From: Gammaproteobacteria bacterium
Lineage (GTDB): Bacteria > Pseudomonadota > Gammaproteobacteria > GCA-001735895
NCBI GenBank assembly: GCA_030595795.1
Contig: JAUVCH010000002.1
Span: forward strand, 7,216-71,215
Direction of reading: 5' to 3'
Length of the DNA: 64,000 nucleotides
Positions 28,487 to 36,967 of the stretch are shown in pieces (position 1 is the first letter of the stretch; the number at the start of each line of letters is the position of its first letter). The translations under genes and the position numbers were made by a program. The notes under the pieces were generated by a model. It ran no database searches and was not told the DNA's origin. It was given only the letters and a program-made list of their open reading frames with translations.

Positions 28487-29011
28487 ATGGCTAAGGAAAT
28501 TATCGAGGACGGCAAATATGTTGAGCTCACCTATAAAGTAATCGACCAGAATTCGGGCGCTGTACTAACAATGGTCGAGTATCCGATAGGATATGTTCAC
28601 GGCACCAACGAGATACTGGCGCCAGCGGTAATGGCAGAACTCAAGGGTAAATCTGTCAATGAAGTTATAGAAGTACCAATTGATTGCAATGAGTTATACG
28701 GCCCTCGTGACGAATCGCTGGTAATTACCTCTAGTAGACAAGATGTCCCTAAAGAATACCAGGAAGTCGGTATGGCCATTCTGATGGAAAATGACCAGGG
28801 ACAGAGTAAAAGTTTCCTGGTTACCCGTGTTGATGCAAAATCTGTCACTATCGATGGCAACAATCCGCTGTGTGGTCGAGAAGTTATTTTTCGATTGGAG
28901 ATATCGCTGGTTCGCGATGCGTCCGATGAAGAAATCGAGTATGGCGGCAAGATAGAAGAAGGCCCGGATCTTGATGGTGTAGAGGGCGTTACTCCCGTGT
29001 CCCTTAACTAA
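28487..29011 (+). CDS. FKBP-type peptidyl-prolyl cis-trans isomerase (SlyD/FkpB-like)
   Basis: 174 aa. ...NPLCGREVIFRLEISLVRDASDEEIEYGG matches the SlyD C-terminal FKBP segment (HPLAGK..F.V.L..VR.AT.EEL.HGH). Confidence 0.65.
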   Translation: MAKEIIEDGKYVELTYKVIDQNSGAVLTMVEYPIGYVHGTNEILAPAVMAELKGKSVNEVIEVPIDCNELYGPRDESLVITSSRQDVPKEYQEVGMAILMENDQGQSKSFLVTRVDAKSVTIDGNNPLCGREVIFRLEISLVRDASDEEIEYGGKIEEGPDLDGVEGVTPVSLN

Positions 29012-29035
29012 TCGACCCAGTTGCCCTAAAAAGTA

Positions 29036-29452
29036 ATGATCGAACAAACAGTACTTGCCGAAGACGAAGAATGTCGTTTCTGCCTATCCTATTCCGGTCG
29101 TCGCATCATAACCGAAGGAAAATTTGGCTTTGCTGCCTGGGATCGGCATCCGGCCAGCGAGGGACACTTTCTTGTCATCCCTTATCGTCATTTTTCCGAC
29201 TATTTTGACATCACCGACGAGGAACTGGTAGAACTTTGGGGGCTGGTCGCCGAAGGAAAGAGAATAGCCGACGAAAAGTTTAACCCTGATGGTTACAATA
29301 TCGGCATCAACGTCGGTAAATGGGCCGGACAGTCAATTCCTCATCTGCATATTCATGTTATTCCCCGATACAAGGGAGACGTCGAGAATCCGAAAGGGGG
29401 GGTTCGCGGGGTTATTCCTCAGAATAAGCTTTATGCGTTTAAGCCGGATTAA
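29036..29452 (+). CDS. HIT family (histidine triad) nucleotide hydrolase/transferase
   Basis: 138 aa. HLHIHVIPR histidine triad, N-terminal CRFC zinc motif. Confidence 0.8.
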   Translation: MIEQTVLAEDEECRFCLSYSGRRIITEGKFGFAAWDRHPASEGHFLVIPYRHFSDYFDITDEELVELWGLVAEGKRIADEKFNPDGYNIGINVGKWAGQSIPHLHIHVIPRYKGDVENPKGGVRGVIPQNKLYAFKPD

Positions 29453-29466
29453 ACGGCGCGCAAAAA

Positions 29467-29500
29467 AAGCCGTCAAAGACTAAAATCCTCGACGGCTTTC
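29467..29500 (+). terminator. Hairpin after the HIT gene
   Basis: aagccgtc ... gacggctt stem with a 15-nt loop, followed by TCG. Weak T-tract. Confidence 0.4.
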
Positions 29501-29565
29501 GCGATACGCTTACTTTAACTTACAGGATTTCACTCAGCCTGGCAGTTGAGCGCACCCGAATAAAA

Positions 29566-29727
29566 TCATGGACGTTTAGGCGTCTCGTATTTAACTTCTT
29601 TTTGAAACGATTCCCAGATTGTGTCATAACCAATGTAACCTTTATCATTGGCTTCTTTCTGGCGAGTAATTAAATACCGCGACTTGCCATCGGGAACCTT
29701 TATTCTGGTTTTCTTTGCTTCGCTCAT
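29566..29727 (-). CDS. Small basic ORF (53 aa), hypothetical
   Basis: Not in the ORF track (<60 aa). Reverse-strand translation MSEAKKTRIKVPDGKSRYLITRQKEANDKGYIGYDTIWESFQKEVKYETPKRP from ATG 29727 to TGA 29566, in an otherwise empty 440-bp gap. Confidence 0.3.
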   Translation of the reverse strand: MSEAKKTRIKVPDGKSRYLITRQKEANDKGYIGYDTIWESFQKEVKYETPKRP

Positions 29728-29897
29728 AAATCACCTTATGTTGTTCAATTTATCGGTGGATTATATCAATAACAGTCTGGAAGTCCCATCACTCCTTTTT
29801 ATGGGCTGAACACTATATTGAATGGGATTTGAGAATTGTTCATTATGTTTTAAACTACTCTAACCGTTAGAATTAGCAATATTTTCAAATAGATATT

Positions 29898-30539
29898 TTG
29901 GTGACCATGAAACTCATACAAAAACAGTTTTTAAAAGGAAGCAGTCAATTCGAGATCACTGACGATGTGGTTGAGATTCGAATTAAAACCCTGATTAAAG
30001 AAGAAAAACTGACCGTCATGTTGTCGATGCTGGATCCCGACCCTGTCGTCAATAAACCTTTCCTCGAGTTTCATAGCCGCGTTAAATGTGGCCCATTACT
30101 TTCACTTGTTCTGGATAAACCCGATAGAAAAACATTTAATACCTTTGTCGATCAATTAAAAATACGTGCCCGCGACGAATACAATGCTTTTGCCGGCCTG
30201 AAGCCAGGCTCTTTGTCTGAAGGACTTGTAGGGAATGTTAATACAGCGCCAGCAAAATTTGACAAGTCAGGTAAGAATTCAACGACTAAAAACCGCAAAC
30301 CGGTCGATATCGCCAATATTGAAATTGCAATACAGATGCTTGAACAGTATCTGGATGCTAAAGAGGTCGAGCCCCTGCTCTCTGCCTTAAAAGCGATAAA
30401 GTCAGAGCCGAAAAAAGAATCGCATTTTTCTCAATTGGTGGACGCATTCGATAGTCTGGGGCCTCAGCAAGGTGCTGTTTTAACCTACGCACCCTATGTT
30501 GGCACACTGCTGTCTGAAGATCCGTTTGGGTATTTATGA
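29898..30539 (+). CDS. Hypothetical protein
   Basis: 213-aa ORF whose stop overlaps the start of the next gene (ATGA), suggesting co-transcription with the dehydrogenase. No family recognised. Confidence 0.5.
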   Translation: MVTMKLIQKQFLKGSSQFEITDDVVEIRIKTLIKEEKLTVMLSMLDPDPVVNKPFLEFHSRVKCGPLLSLVLDKPDRKTFNTFVDQLKIRARDEYNAFAGLKPGSLSEGLVGNVNTAPAKFDKSGKNSTTKNRKPVDIANIEIAIQMLEQYLDAKEVEPLLSALKAIKSEPKKESHFSQLVDAFDSLGPQQGAVLTYAPYVGTLLSEDPFGYL

Positions 30540-31606
30540 TGGCTAATCATCGCATCGCGGTTATTCCTGGCGACGGTATCGGTAACGAAGTGGTTCCGGA
30601 AGGCCTCAAAGTGCTACAGGCGGTCGCCTCTCGGTTCGACATAGATTTCGAATTCCAACACTTTGACTGGAGTTGCGAGCGTTACCTGGAAACGGGTGCG
30701 ATGATGCCCGATGACGGAATCGAACAACTGGCTAAGTTCGACGCCATATTTCTCGGGGCGGTTGGCTTCCCAACCGTGCTCGATCATGTTTCGCTGTGGG
30801 GATTGCTGATTCCGATTCGACGTGAATTTCAACAGTATATAAATCTGCGCCCGGTTCGCCTGTTCGAGGGTATGCACTGTCCACTGGCAGGTAAAAAACC
30901 AGGCGACATCGACTTTTATGTGGTGCGTGAAAACTGCGAAGGCGAGTATTCCAATATCGGCGGCAGGTTATACGAAGGCACTGATAACGAAATGGCTATG
31001 CAGCAATCGATTTTCACCCGAAAGGGCGTGGATCGAGTATTGAAATATGCCTTCGAACTGGCAAGCCAAAGTGAGCGCAAGATGCTGACTTCTGCGACCA
31101 AGTCGAATGGTATTATTCATACTATGCCCTACTGGGACGAACGTGTCGTAGCCATGGCTGAGCATTACCCCAACATAGCCGTTGATAAATACCATATCGA
31201 TATTCTGGTTGCGCATTTTGTCAATCGACCGGAAATATTCAATGTGGTTGTCGGCTCCAACCTGTTTGGAGACATATTGTCAGACCTGGGGCCAGGCATT
31301 ACGGGTACGATTGCTATCGCACCTTCAGCCAATATCAATCCCGAAAAAGACTTCCCGTCGATGTTCGAGCCAGTGCACGGTTCAGCACCCGACATTGCCG
31401 GGCAGGGTATTGCCAACCCGATTGGTCAGATATGGTCGGGAGCGATGATGCTCGAGCACCTGGGTCATAAAGAGGCGCACGATGCGGTGATACGTGCCAT
31501 CGAAGATACGATTCGCGAACGCGATCATTTAACTGCCGATATGGGTGGAAGTGCCAATTGCGAGCAATGCGGTGATGCGATTATTGGGCGTCTACTAGCC
31601 AAGTAA
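30536..31606 (+). CDS. Tartrate dehydrogenase/decarboxylase / D-malate dehydrogenase (isocitrate-isopropylmalate dehydrogenase family)
   Basis: 356 aa. HRIAVIPGDGIGNEVVPEGLKVL N-terminus, NLRPVR, and GSAPDIAGQGIANPIG motifs of the beta-decarboxylating dehydrogenase family. Closest to the TtuC type. Confidence 0.8.
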   Translation: MMANHRIAVIPGDGIGNEVVPEGLKVLQAVASRFDIDFEFQHFDWSCERYLETGAMMPDDGIEQLAKFDAIFLGAVGFPTVLDHVSLWGLLIPIRREFQQYINLRPVRLFEGMHCPLAGKKPGDIDFYVVRENCEGEYSNIGGRLYEGTDNEMAMQQSIFTRKGVDRVLKYAFELASQSERKMLTSATKSNGIIHTMPYWDERVVAMAEHYPNIAVDKYHIDILVAHFVNRPEIFNVVVGSNLFGDILSDLGPGITGTIAIAPSANINPEKDFPSMFEPVHGSAPDIAGQGIANPIGQIWSGAMMLEHLGHKEAHDAVIRAIEDTIRERDHLTADMGGSANCEQCGDAIIGRLLAK

Positions 31607-31608
31607 AT

Positions 31609-32511
31609 CTAACCTAGTAAAATTAAAACAATACTTGCGGTTATCAGCGCGATGCCCAGCAGTTCGCCGGCTATGATTTTCTCCCGAAAGAAAAAAACCG
31701 TCGCCATAAAAGTAAACAGCAATTCGATCTGCCCAAGCGCGCGCACATAGGTTGCGTTTTGCAGGGTGAATGCGGTAAACCAGCCTATCGAAGTCAGGCC
31801 ACCGCTGACGCCTACTGCCACCGCTGGCCGCCAGTGGATAAAGACCTTCGCCAGATTATCTCTGTCCCGAGTCCACATCCCAACGCCCATGATGAGTGTT
31901 TGCAGAATCAACACGACAAACAGCGTAAACGAAGCCGACAGTAAATAGTCATCGAGCTCCAGCGACAGCGAAGCTGCTCGGAAAAAGACCACACTCGCAC
32001 CCAGAAAGGTAGCGCAAAATAGTCCGATTAAAGTCGTTTTCTGCCATAAGCCAGAGAGTAGGCCGCGTAAGGTCAACATCGATTGGGCGGCACTTAGAAC
32101 AATCAGTCCGACGGTACTCATGGCAATCGCAAAGACGACGATACTAGTCAATTCATCGCCTAGCAAGATCAGGCCAAAAATTGCCACCATGACGGTTTCA
32201 AGCTTGGAAAAAGTGGTGCCGACCGCGAAATTATGGAAGGAAAATAGCCACAGCAGAAACACCGTGAATGCGATCTGGAAGAGTCCACCGAGCAGGCTGT
32301 AAAGCAGAAATGGAGGGGAGAGATTAGGTATCAGCTGTCCGCTGTAAAAATATACTCCGACCAGGTAAACAAAGGCGACGGGCAGGGCATATATAAATCG
32401 AACGTAAGCGGCCCCCAGCGTTGACAACCGGCCTTTTAAATTCTTTTGCAATGCCGAACGAATGTTCTGGAAAAATGCGGCGGCGATGGTTAGGGGGATC
32501 CAGAGTTCCAA
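31609..32511 (-). CDS. EamA/DMT superfamily transporter
   Basis: 300-aa, 10-TM protein with duplicated EamA-like halves. Confidence 0.7.
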   Translation of the reverse strand: MELWIPLTIAAAFFQNIRSALQKNLKGRLSTLGAAYVRFIYALPVAFVYLVGVYFYSGQLIPNLSPPFLLYSLLGGLFQIAFTVFLLWLFSFHNFAVGTTFSKLETVMVAIFGLILLGDELTSIVVFAIAMSTVGLIVLSAAQSMLTLRGLLSGLWQKTTLIGLFCATFLGASVVFFRAASLSLELDDYLLSASFTLFVVLILQTLIMGVGMWTRDRDNLAKVFIHWRPAVAVGVSGGLTSIGWFTAFTLQNATYVRALGQIELLFTFMATVFFFREKIIAGELLGIALITASIVLILLG

Positions 32512-32580
32512 TGGCTATAGTGCTTATTATTTTTGACAGGATAGATTACCATGATTTTATTACCTGGCTGGCTCTAAACT

Positions 32581-33003
32581 GTGATTAAGATTAGGCAATT
32601 TACTATTGAAGACAAAGATGCAGTAATGCAGCTCTGGCACAGTTCTAATCTCGTCGTACCCTGGAATGACCCAGAAAAAGATATCCAGCGAAAAATCAAT
32701 GTCAGTACGGATTTATTCCTGGTAGGCGAGCTAGATGGTGGAATAATCGCGTCGGTAATGGGTGGTTACGAGGGGCATCGAGGTTGGGCTAACTATCTGG
32801 CGATATCACCCGGTTACCAGCACAGGGGTTTTGCGAAAACGATGATGGCTGAACTTGAAAGTCGTCTAAAAGCGCTGGGCTGTCCGAAAATCAACTTGCT
32901 GGTTCGTAATACTAATACCGAGGTAATCGAGTTTTATCAATCCCTTGGTTATACCGTCGATGCCTCGGTAAGTCTGGGTAAGCGTCTTATTCCCGATAAC
33001 TAA
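32581..33003 (+). CDS. GNAT family N-acetyltransferase
   Basis: 140 aa. Acetyl-CoA-binding motif QHRGFAKTMM. Confidence 0.8.
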   Translation: MIKIRQFTIEDKDAVMQLWHSSNLVVPWNDPEKDIQRKINVSTDLFLVGELDGGIIASVMGGYEGHRGWANYLAISPGYQHRGFAKTMMAELESRLKALGCPKINLLVRNTNTEVIEFYQSLGYTVDASVSLGKRLIPDN

Positions 33004-33017
33004 CTCAGAGATTAAAC

Positions 33018-33485
33018 ATGAAGCAATACCACCTGGCACAGCTCAATATTGCCAAAATGAAATTCGCGATCGACGATCCAGGGATGGTCGAATTTGTTAA
33101 TCAGCTCGACAAAATTAACGCCCTGGCCGACTCCACAGCTGGTTTTGTCTGGCGTCTACAAACAGAAGAGGGTAATGCCACTGCGCTGGATTTCTTTGGT
33201 AGTGATATTCTGGTCAACATGAGTGTCTGGCAGGATATGCAGTCGTTACATGAGTATGTTTATCGGAGTGCCCATACTCAGGTGATGAGTCGGCGCAAGC
33301 AATGGTTCGACCGCATGGACGAGTTTTACGCGGTTTTGTGGTGGGTGCCAGCGGGCCATGTACCAACACTCGAAGAGGCCGATGACAGATTGCAGAATTT
33401 GAATCAGCATGGTTCGAGTGAAAGGGCGTTCACCTTCAAAAAAAGTTTCCCAGCCCTGGCCCCGACTCCGGTTACTGAAGACTAA
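33018..33485 (+). CDS. DUF3291 domain protein
   Basis: 155 aa. MKQYHLAQLNIAKMKF...VNMSVWQDMQSLHEYVY, family assignment recalled from memory. Confidence 0.55.
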   Translation: MKQYHLAQLNIAKMKFAIDDPGMVEFVNQLDKINALADSTAGFVWRLQTEEGNATALDFFGSDILVNMSVWQDMQSLHEYVYRSAHTQVMSRRKQWFDRMDEFYAVLWWVPAGHVPTLEEADDRLQNLNQHGSSERAFTFKKSFPALAPTPVTED

Positions 33486-33489
33486 ACCA

Positions 33490-34632
33490 TTGATCTTTTC
33501 CCGCAATTTATTAATCGCATTATGTGCGACGGTAGTATCGTTTAGCACTTTGTATATTCCACAGCCGATGTTGCCTTTGCTGGCGAATCTATTTTCTATT
33601 TCATCCAGCCAGGTGGGATTGTTGATAACAGTAACTTTTTTGCCTTTGGGTCTGGCGCCTGTGGTCTATGGTTATTTCCTGCAGGCGATACCAGCTCGGT
33701 TGATGTTAATCGTCGCGATGACCTTGTTAATGCTCGATCAACTGGCGTTTTATTTTGCCAGTGAATTTTGGCATCTGCTTATCCTTCGCGGCATCCAGGG
33801 ATTGATACTGCCAGCTGTATTTACCGCTCTAATGACTTACTGTGCGAGCATGGCTTCGCCAGGCACTGTTCGTCGTACCATGGGTCTTTATATCGGCGCT
33901 ACCATACTCGGTGGTTTTATCGGGCGCGCAATAGGTGGTTTTTTTGCGACCGGGTTTGCCTGGTATACGGCCTATGTTGTGATGGGTTTCGCAATGCTAC
34001 TGCCACTATTTTTAATGCGCTTCGCCAGTGCAGATGCCGAGATTAGTTTTCAGCGTCTGGATATCCGTAGCATTTCGCGCGTCATGGCTAATCGTGATTT
34101 TCGTTATGTATATCTGGTTTTGTCGGCGGTCTTTTTCGTCTATGCGAGTATTTTGAATTTAATCCCCTTCCGATTACTCGAAATCGATGCTTCGGTGTCA
34201 CCTGCATTCATATCCAGTCTTTACATTGGCTATCTTGTCGGCATTCCAATAGCGCTTTACTCTGAATCTCTGTCAAAGTTTTTAGGCGATGAACGGCGTG
34301 GTTTGATGCTGGGTGTGATGATGAATGGTATAGGGCTGGTGTCCTATTTGCTCACCGACTTCTCAATAATGTTCGTTATGATGTTTTGCTTTGCCGGGGG
34401 GTTCTTTTTCATCCACTCGACTCTCTCCGGTTTGGTCAACCATTTGGCTACCGAGCACAAGGGTGTGGTGAACGGCTTGTACGTATCGATTTACTATCTC
34501 AGTGGTGCGCTGGCTTCATGGCTACCGGGAATTGTTTATGATGAATTCGGCTGGTATGCCGTTATGACTGGGTTGATAGTTATGCTGATGATCGGTGGCT
34601 GGTTTGTTTCACGATTGAAATTCGACAGTTAG
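33490..34632 (+). CDS. MFS transporter
   Basis: 12-TM pattern. The ORF track start (33409) overlaps the upstream gene and precedes TM1 by 30 residues. TTG 33490, directly after the upstream stop, gives a sensible N-terminus (start uncertain). Confidence 0.65.
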   Translation: MIFSRNLLIALCATVVSFSTLYIPQPMLPLLANLFSISSSQVGLLITVTFLPLGLAPVVYGYFLQAIPARLMLIVAMTLLMLDQLAFYFASEFWHLLILRGIQGLILPAVFTALMTYCASMASPGTVRRTMGLYIGATILGGFIGRAIGGFFATGFAWYTAYVVMGFAMLLPLFLMRFASADAEISFQRLDIRSISRVMANRDFRYVYLVLSAVFFVYASILNLIPFRLLEIDASVSPAFISSLYIGYLVGIPIALYSESLSKFLGDERRGLMLGVMMNGIGLVSYLLTDFSIMFVMMFCFAGGFFFIHSTLSGLVNHLATEHKGVVNGLYVSIYYLSGALASWLPGIVYDEFGWYAVMTGLIVMLMIGGWFVSRLKFDS

Positions 34633-34662
34633 AGCAGGGCGTTCTGATCTTATGTTCCGGCC

Positions 34663-35541
34663 TTATTCATCTCCCCAGAGTAGTTTTCCACATTGTTCGA
34701 TTTTGTAACCGCCCAATTCGTTAGCTATCTGTAGGCCTTCTTCAGAACCGATTTTTTCGATTAGATTATGAAATAAATGCCTGAACCAGATATCGCGGGG
34801 TATCGCAAAATCGAAATGTTCCCAGCCTAGGCTGAGAAAGTCGAGGCCAAATTCGTTGGCGGTTGCACGTGAACCCAGTGCGATATCGCATTGTTGCAGG
34901 TTAATGGCTGCTGCGGCTTCGCGGTCTGAATGCGAGTGTGATTTTACGTTTAAACTATCGATGTTAAGACCGTGCTTGCTCAATATTTCTAATAAAAAGC
35001 GCTGCGAACCCGAACCCATGCGGTGAATATCCCAACTGAATTTTTGATCGAACATTTCGGGAATATCGAGACTTCGCTTCTGCGCATTAGCATCGAATAG
35101 CAAACCCTGCTCGCGTCGGTAAGCGCGGATCAGTATCCAGTTATGGCTGGCCGTATATTGCTGCAGCAGCGAGGGATGACGGGTAGCACTTTCTTTGGCG
35201 GGGCCCCAGTGTATACAACAGGCATCGACCCGATTAGCATTTAATAGTTCGAGCCCGGCGCGAGTGCTGGTATTGGTATAGGTGATGATAGCCTTGTTGC
35301 CAAGCGATTCCGAAAAGTCATTGATAATACGGTAGAGGAAAGGGTCATCACTACCGGCGATGATGAGTCGGTCACGTAGCAGACCATTGTGCGTTGAATC
35401 GAGCATCCACTTGTCGATCAACTCCTTGGGGAACATCCATTTACCGGTGATCTTGGTCGCGGGGATAATACCCCGATTGACCATGTCGTAAATTTTCTTC
35501 TCGTTTAAATGCAAATATCCCGAGACTTGTTTGACGTTCAT
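34663..35541 (-). CDS. Transcriptional regulator: excisionase-family HTH (HTH_17-like) N-terminal domain plus periplasmic-binding-protein-like (possibly ModA/TupA-type oxyanion-binding) C-terminal domain
   Basis: Start preferred at MNVKQVSGYLHLNEKKIYDMVNRGIIPATKITGKWMFPKELIDKWM (ATG 35541; ORF track gives 35583). The C-terminal 220 aa resemble a type-2 PBP fold. Divergently oriented to the FDH locus. Confidence 0.55.
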   Translation of the reverse strand: MNVKQVSGYLHLNEKKIYDMVNRGIIPATKITGKWMFPKELIDKWMLDSTHNGLLRDRLIIAGSDDPFLYRIINDFSESLGNKAIITYTNTSTRAGLELLNANRVDACCIHWGPAKESATRHPSLLQQYTASHNWILIRAYRREQGLLFDANAQKRSLDIPEMFDQKFSWDIHRMGSGSQRFLLEILSKHGLNIDSLNVKSHSHSDREAAAAINLQQCDIALGSRATANEFGLDFLSLGWEHFDFAIPRDIWFRHLFHNLIEKIGSEEGLQIANELGGYKIEQCGKLLWGDE

Positions 35542-35846
35542 GAATACGTCGATAGATTGATTTGTGATCAAGACCATAAGCATTGTTGAAGCAATAAATA
35601 TACCTGAATGAATTTTTGGGAAATAAATCTACAAGGACGGTAAGGTCTCTAGGGAAAAACGCTTTTAATGAGTTTAGATCTATTACATGTGGGTCGAATT
35701 GTCTCAACTTCACTGAGTGCCTGAGTCATTTTGTTCCAGGTTTCTGGTGGACGATGCAAATATAAAAGCTTTAATAACCCCTGGTGGCAGTGGTACGACT
35801 ATTGCAATTATGTATTGTATGAATCAGCGACTAAACAGATTGACCT

Positions 35847-36383
35847 ATGGGTGATATTCATTTGGAGGATTTTAATCAAACCCTGCCGCGGCAGAAAACT
35901 GTGTCAGCGGTAATTGAAAAGCGTGCCTCTGATAATGTCTGGTTAGACTTTACTTACAAAGCTATCGGTGTGGTGGTTGGTGAAGCTGGGCAGGAAAAGC
36001 AGGTTAAGCGGATATATCAGGACGGTAAGGTAGAGCATTTCCTGGTCACCGGGCTGGAGCTCAGGCTTCACGAAGATGAATGCGAGAGCTACTATCATAA
36101 TTTAATGTCACCGAAACCGGGTTGTTTTATCGTAGCTGAGGCCGTAGATGACCCGGATGAAATGCCGGTGCCCTACCTGGTGAGTTTGAGTTTTGATGAA
36201 GTCCATGCCTATCTCGAAGGCGACGAACAGGTTTACGCAGTAGAGATTCCCGCCGAGCTATATCAGTGGGCTGAAGCCTATGTGTTAACGCATTATGTCG
36301 CGATCAAAAAGACCAAACGAAAATTGAGGAACTGGACAGAGGAAGCCTCGGTAGCTGGAAAAGGCGCGCAAAAAACATCATGA
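35847..36383 (+). CDS. DUF3305-like protein (FDH-locus associated)
   Basis: 178 aa. First gene of the FDH-oriented block, overlaps the next gene by 4 nt. Family name recalled from memory. Confidence 0.5.
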   Translation: MGDIHLEDFNQTLPRQKTVSAVIEKRASDNVWLDFTYKAIGVVVGEAGQEKQVKRIYQDGKVEHFLVTGLELRLHEDECESYYHNLMSPKPGCFIVAEAVDDPDEMPVPYLVSLSFDEVHAYLEGDEQVYAVEIPAELYQWAEAYVLTHYVAIKKTKRKLRNWTEEASVAGKGAQKTS

Positions 36384-36967
36384 GCCAGAAGGAAGAGGAA
36401 GGCCTGTTATCGCGCTGGTCACGACGTAAATTACAAACACAGGAAGAGAGCCTCAAGGAAGAAGCAGTTTTGGCCACAGAACACCCGGATGTCGTCAATG
36501 CGATCAGTGTTGATGCGCCGCAGGCCGAAGTGCCCGACCAACCAGTTCTATCTGACGAAGATATGCCACCCATCGAATCGCTTACCGAAGACTCGGATTT
36601 TAGCGGATTCATGTCCTCAGGAGTGAGCGATAAATTACGCAATTTGGCTTTGCGAAAAATGTTTCATGCGCCGGTTTTCAATATACGTGATGGCCTCGAT
36701 GAATACGACGAAGACTATACATTTTTCGAACCGCTGGGTGATATTGTCACTTGTGATATGAAGCATCAAGTCGAAATGCTGGAGAAGAAGCGACTTGAAG
36801 AAGCGGAGCTGGAGGCGGCTGAAGAGCCAGTCGAAGCCGAGCTTGAGCCAGTCGAAGCTGAGCTTGAGCAGGCCGACGATGAGGATGATGAGCCCGAGCT
36901 TATCGACGACGAACCCGAACAACCCGAACAACCCGATCAAAGTGATATAACAGTAGAAAAATTATGA
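36380..36967 (+). CDS. DUF3306-like acidic protein (FDH-locus associated)
   Basis: 195 aa. N-terminal LSRWSRRK, very acidic C-terminal region (EAELEAAEEPVEAELEPVEAELEQADDEDDEPELIDDE). 4-nt overlap with both neighbours. Confidence 0.5.
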   Translation: MSQKEEEGLLSRWSRRKLQTQEESLKEEAVLATEHPDVVNAISVDAPQAEVPDQPVLSDEDMPPIESLTEDSDFSGFMSSGVSDKLRNLALRKMFHAPVFNIRDGLDEYDEDYTFFEPLGDIVTCDMKHQVEMLEKKRLEEAELEAAEEPVEAELEPVEAELEQADDEDDEPELIDDEPEQPEQPDQSDITVEKL

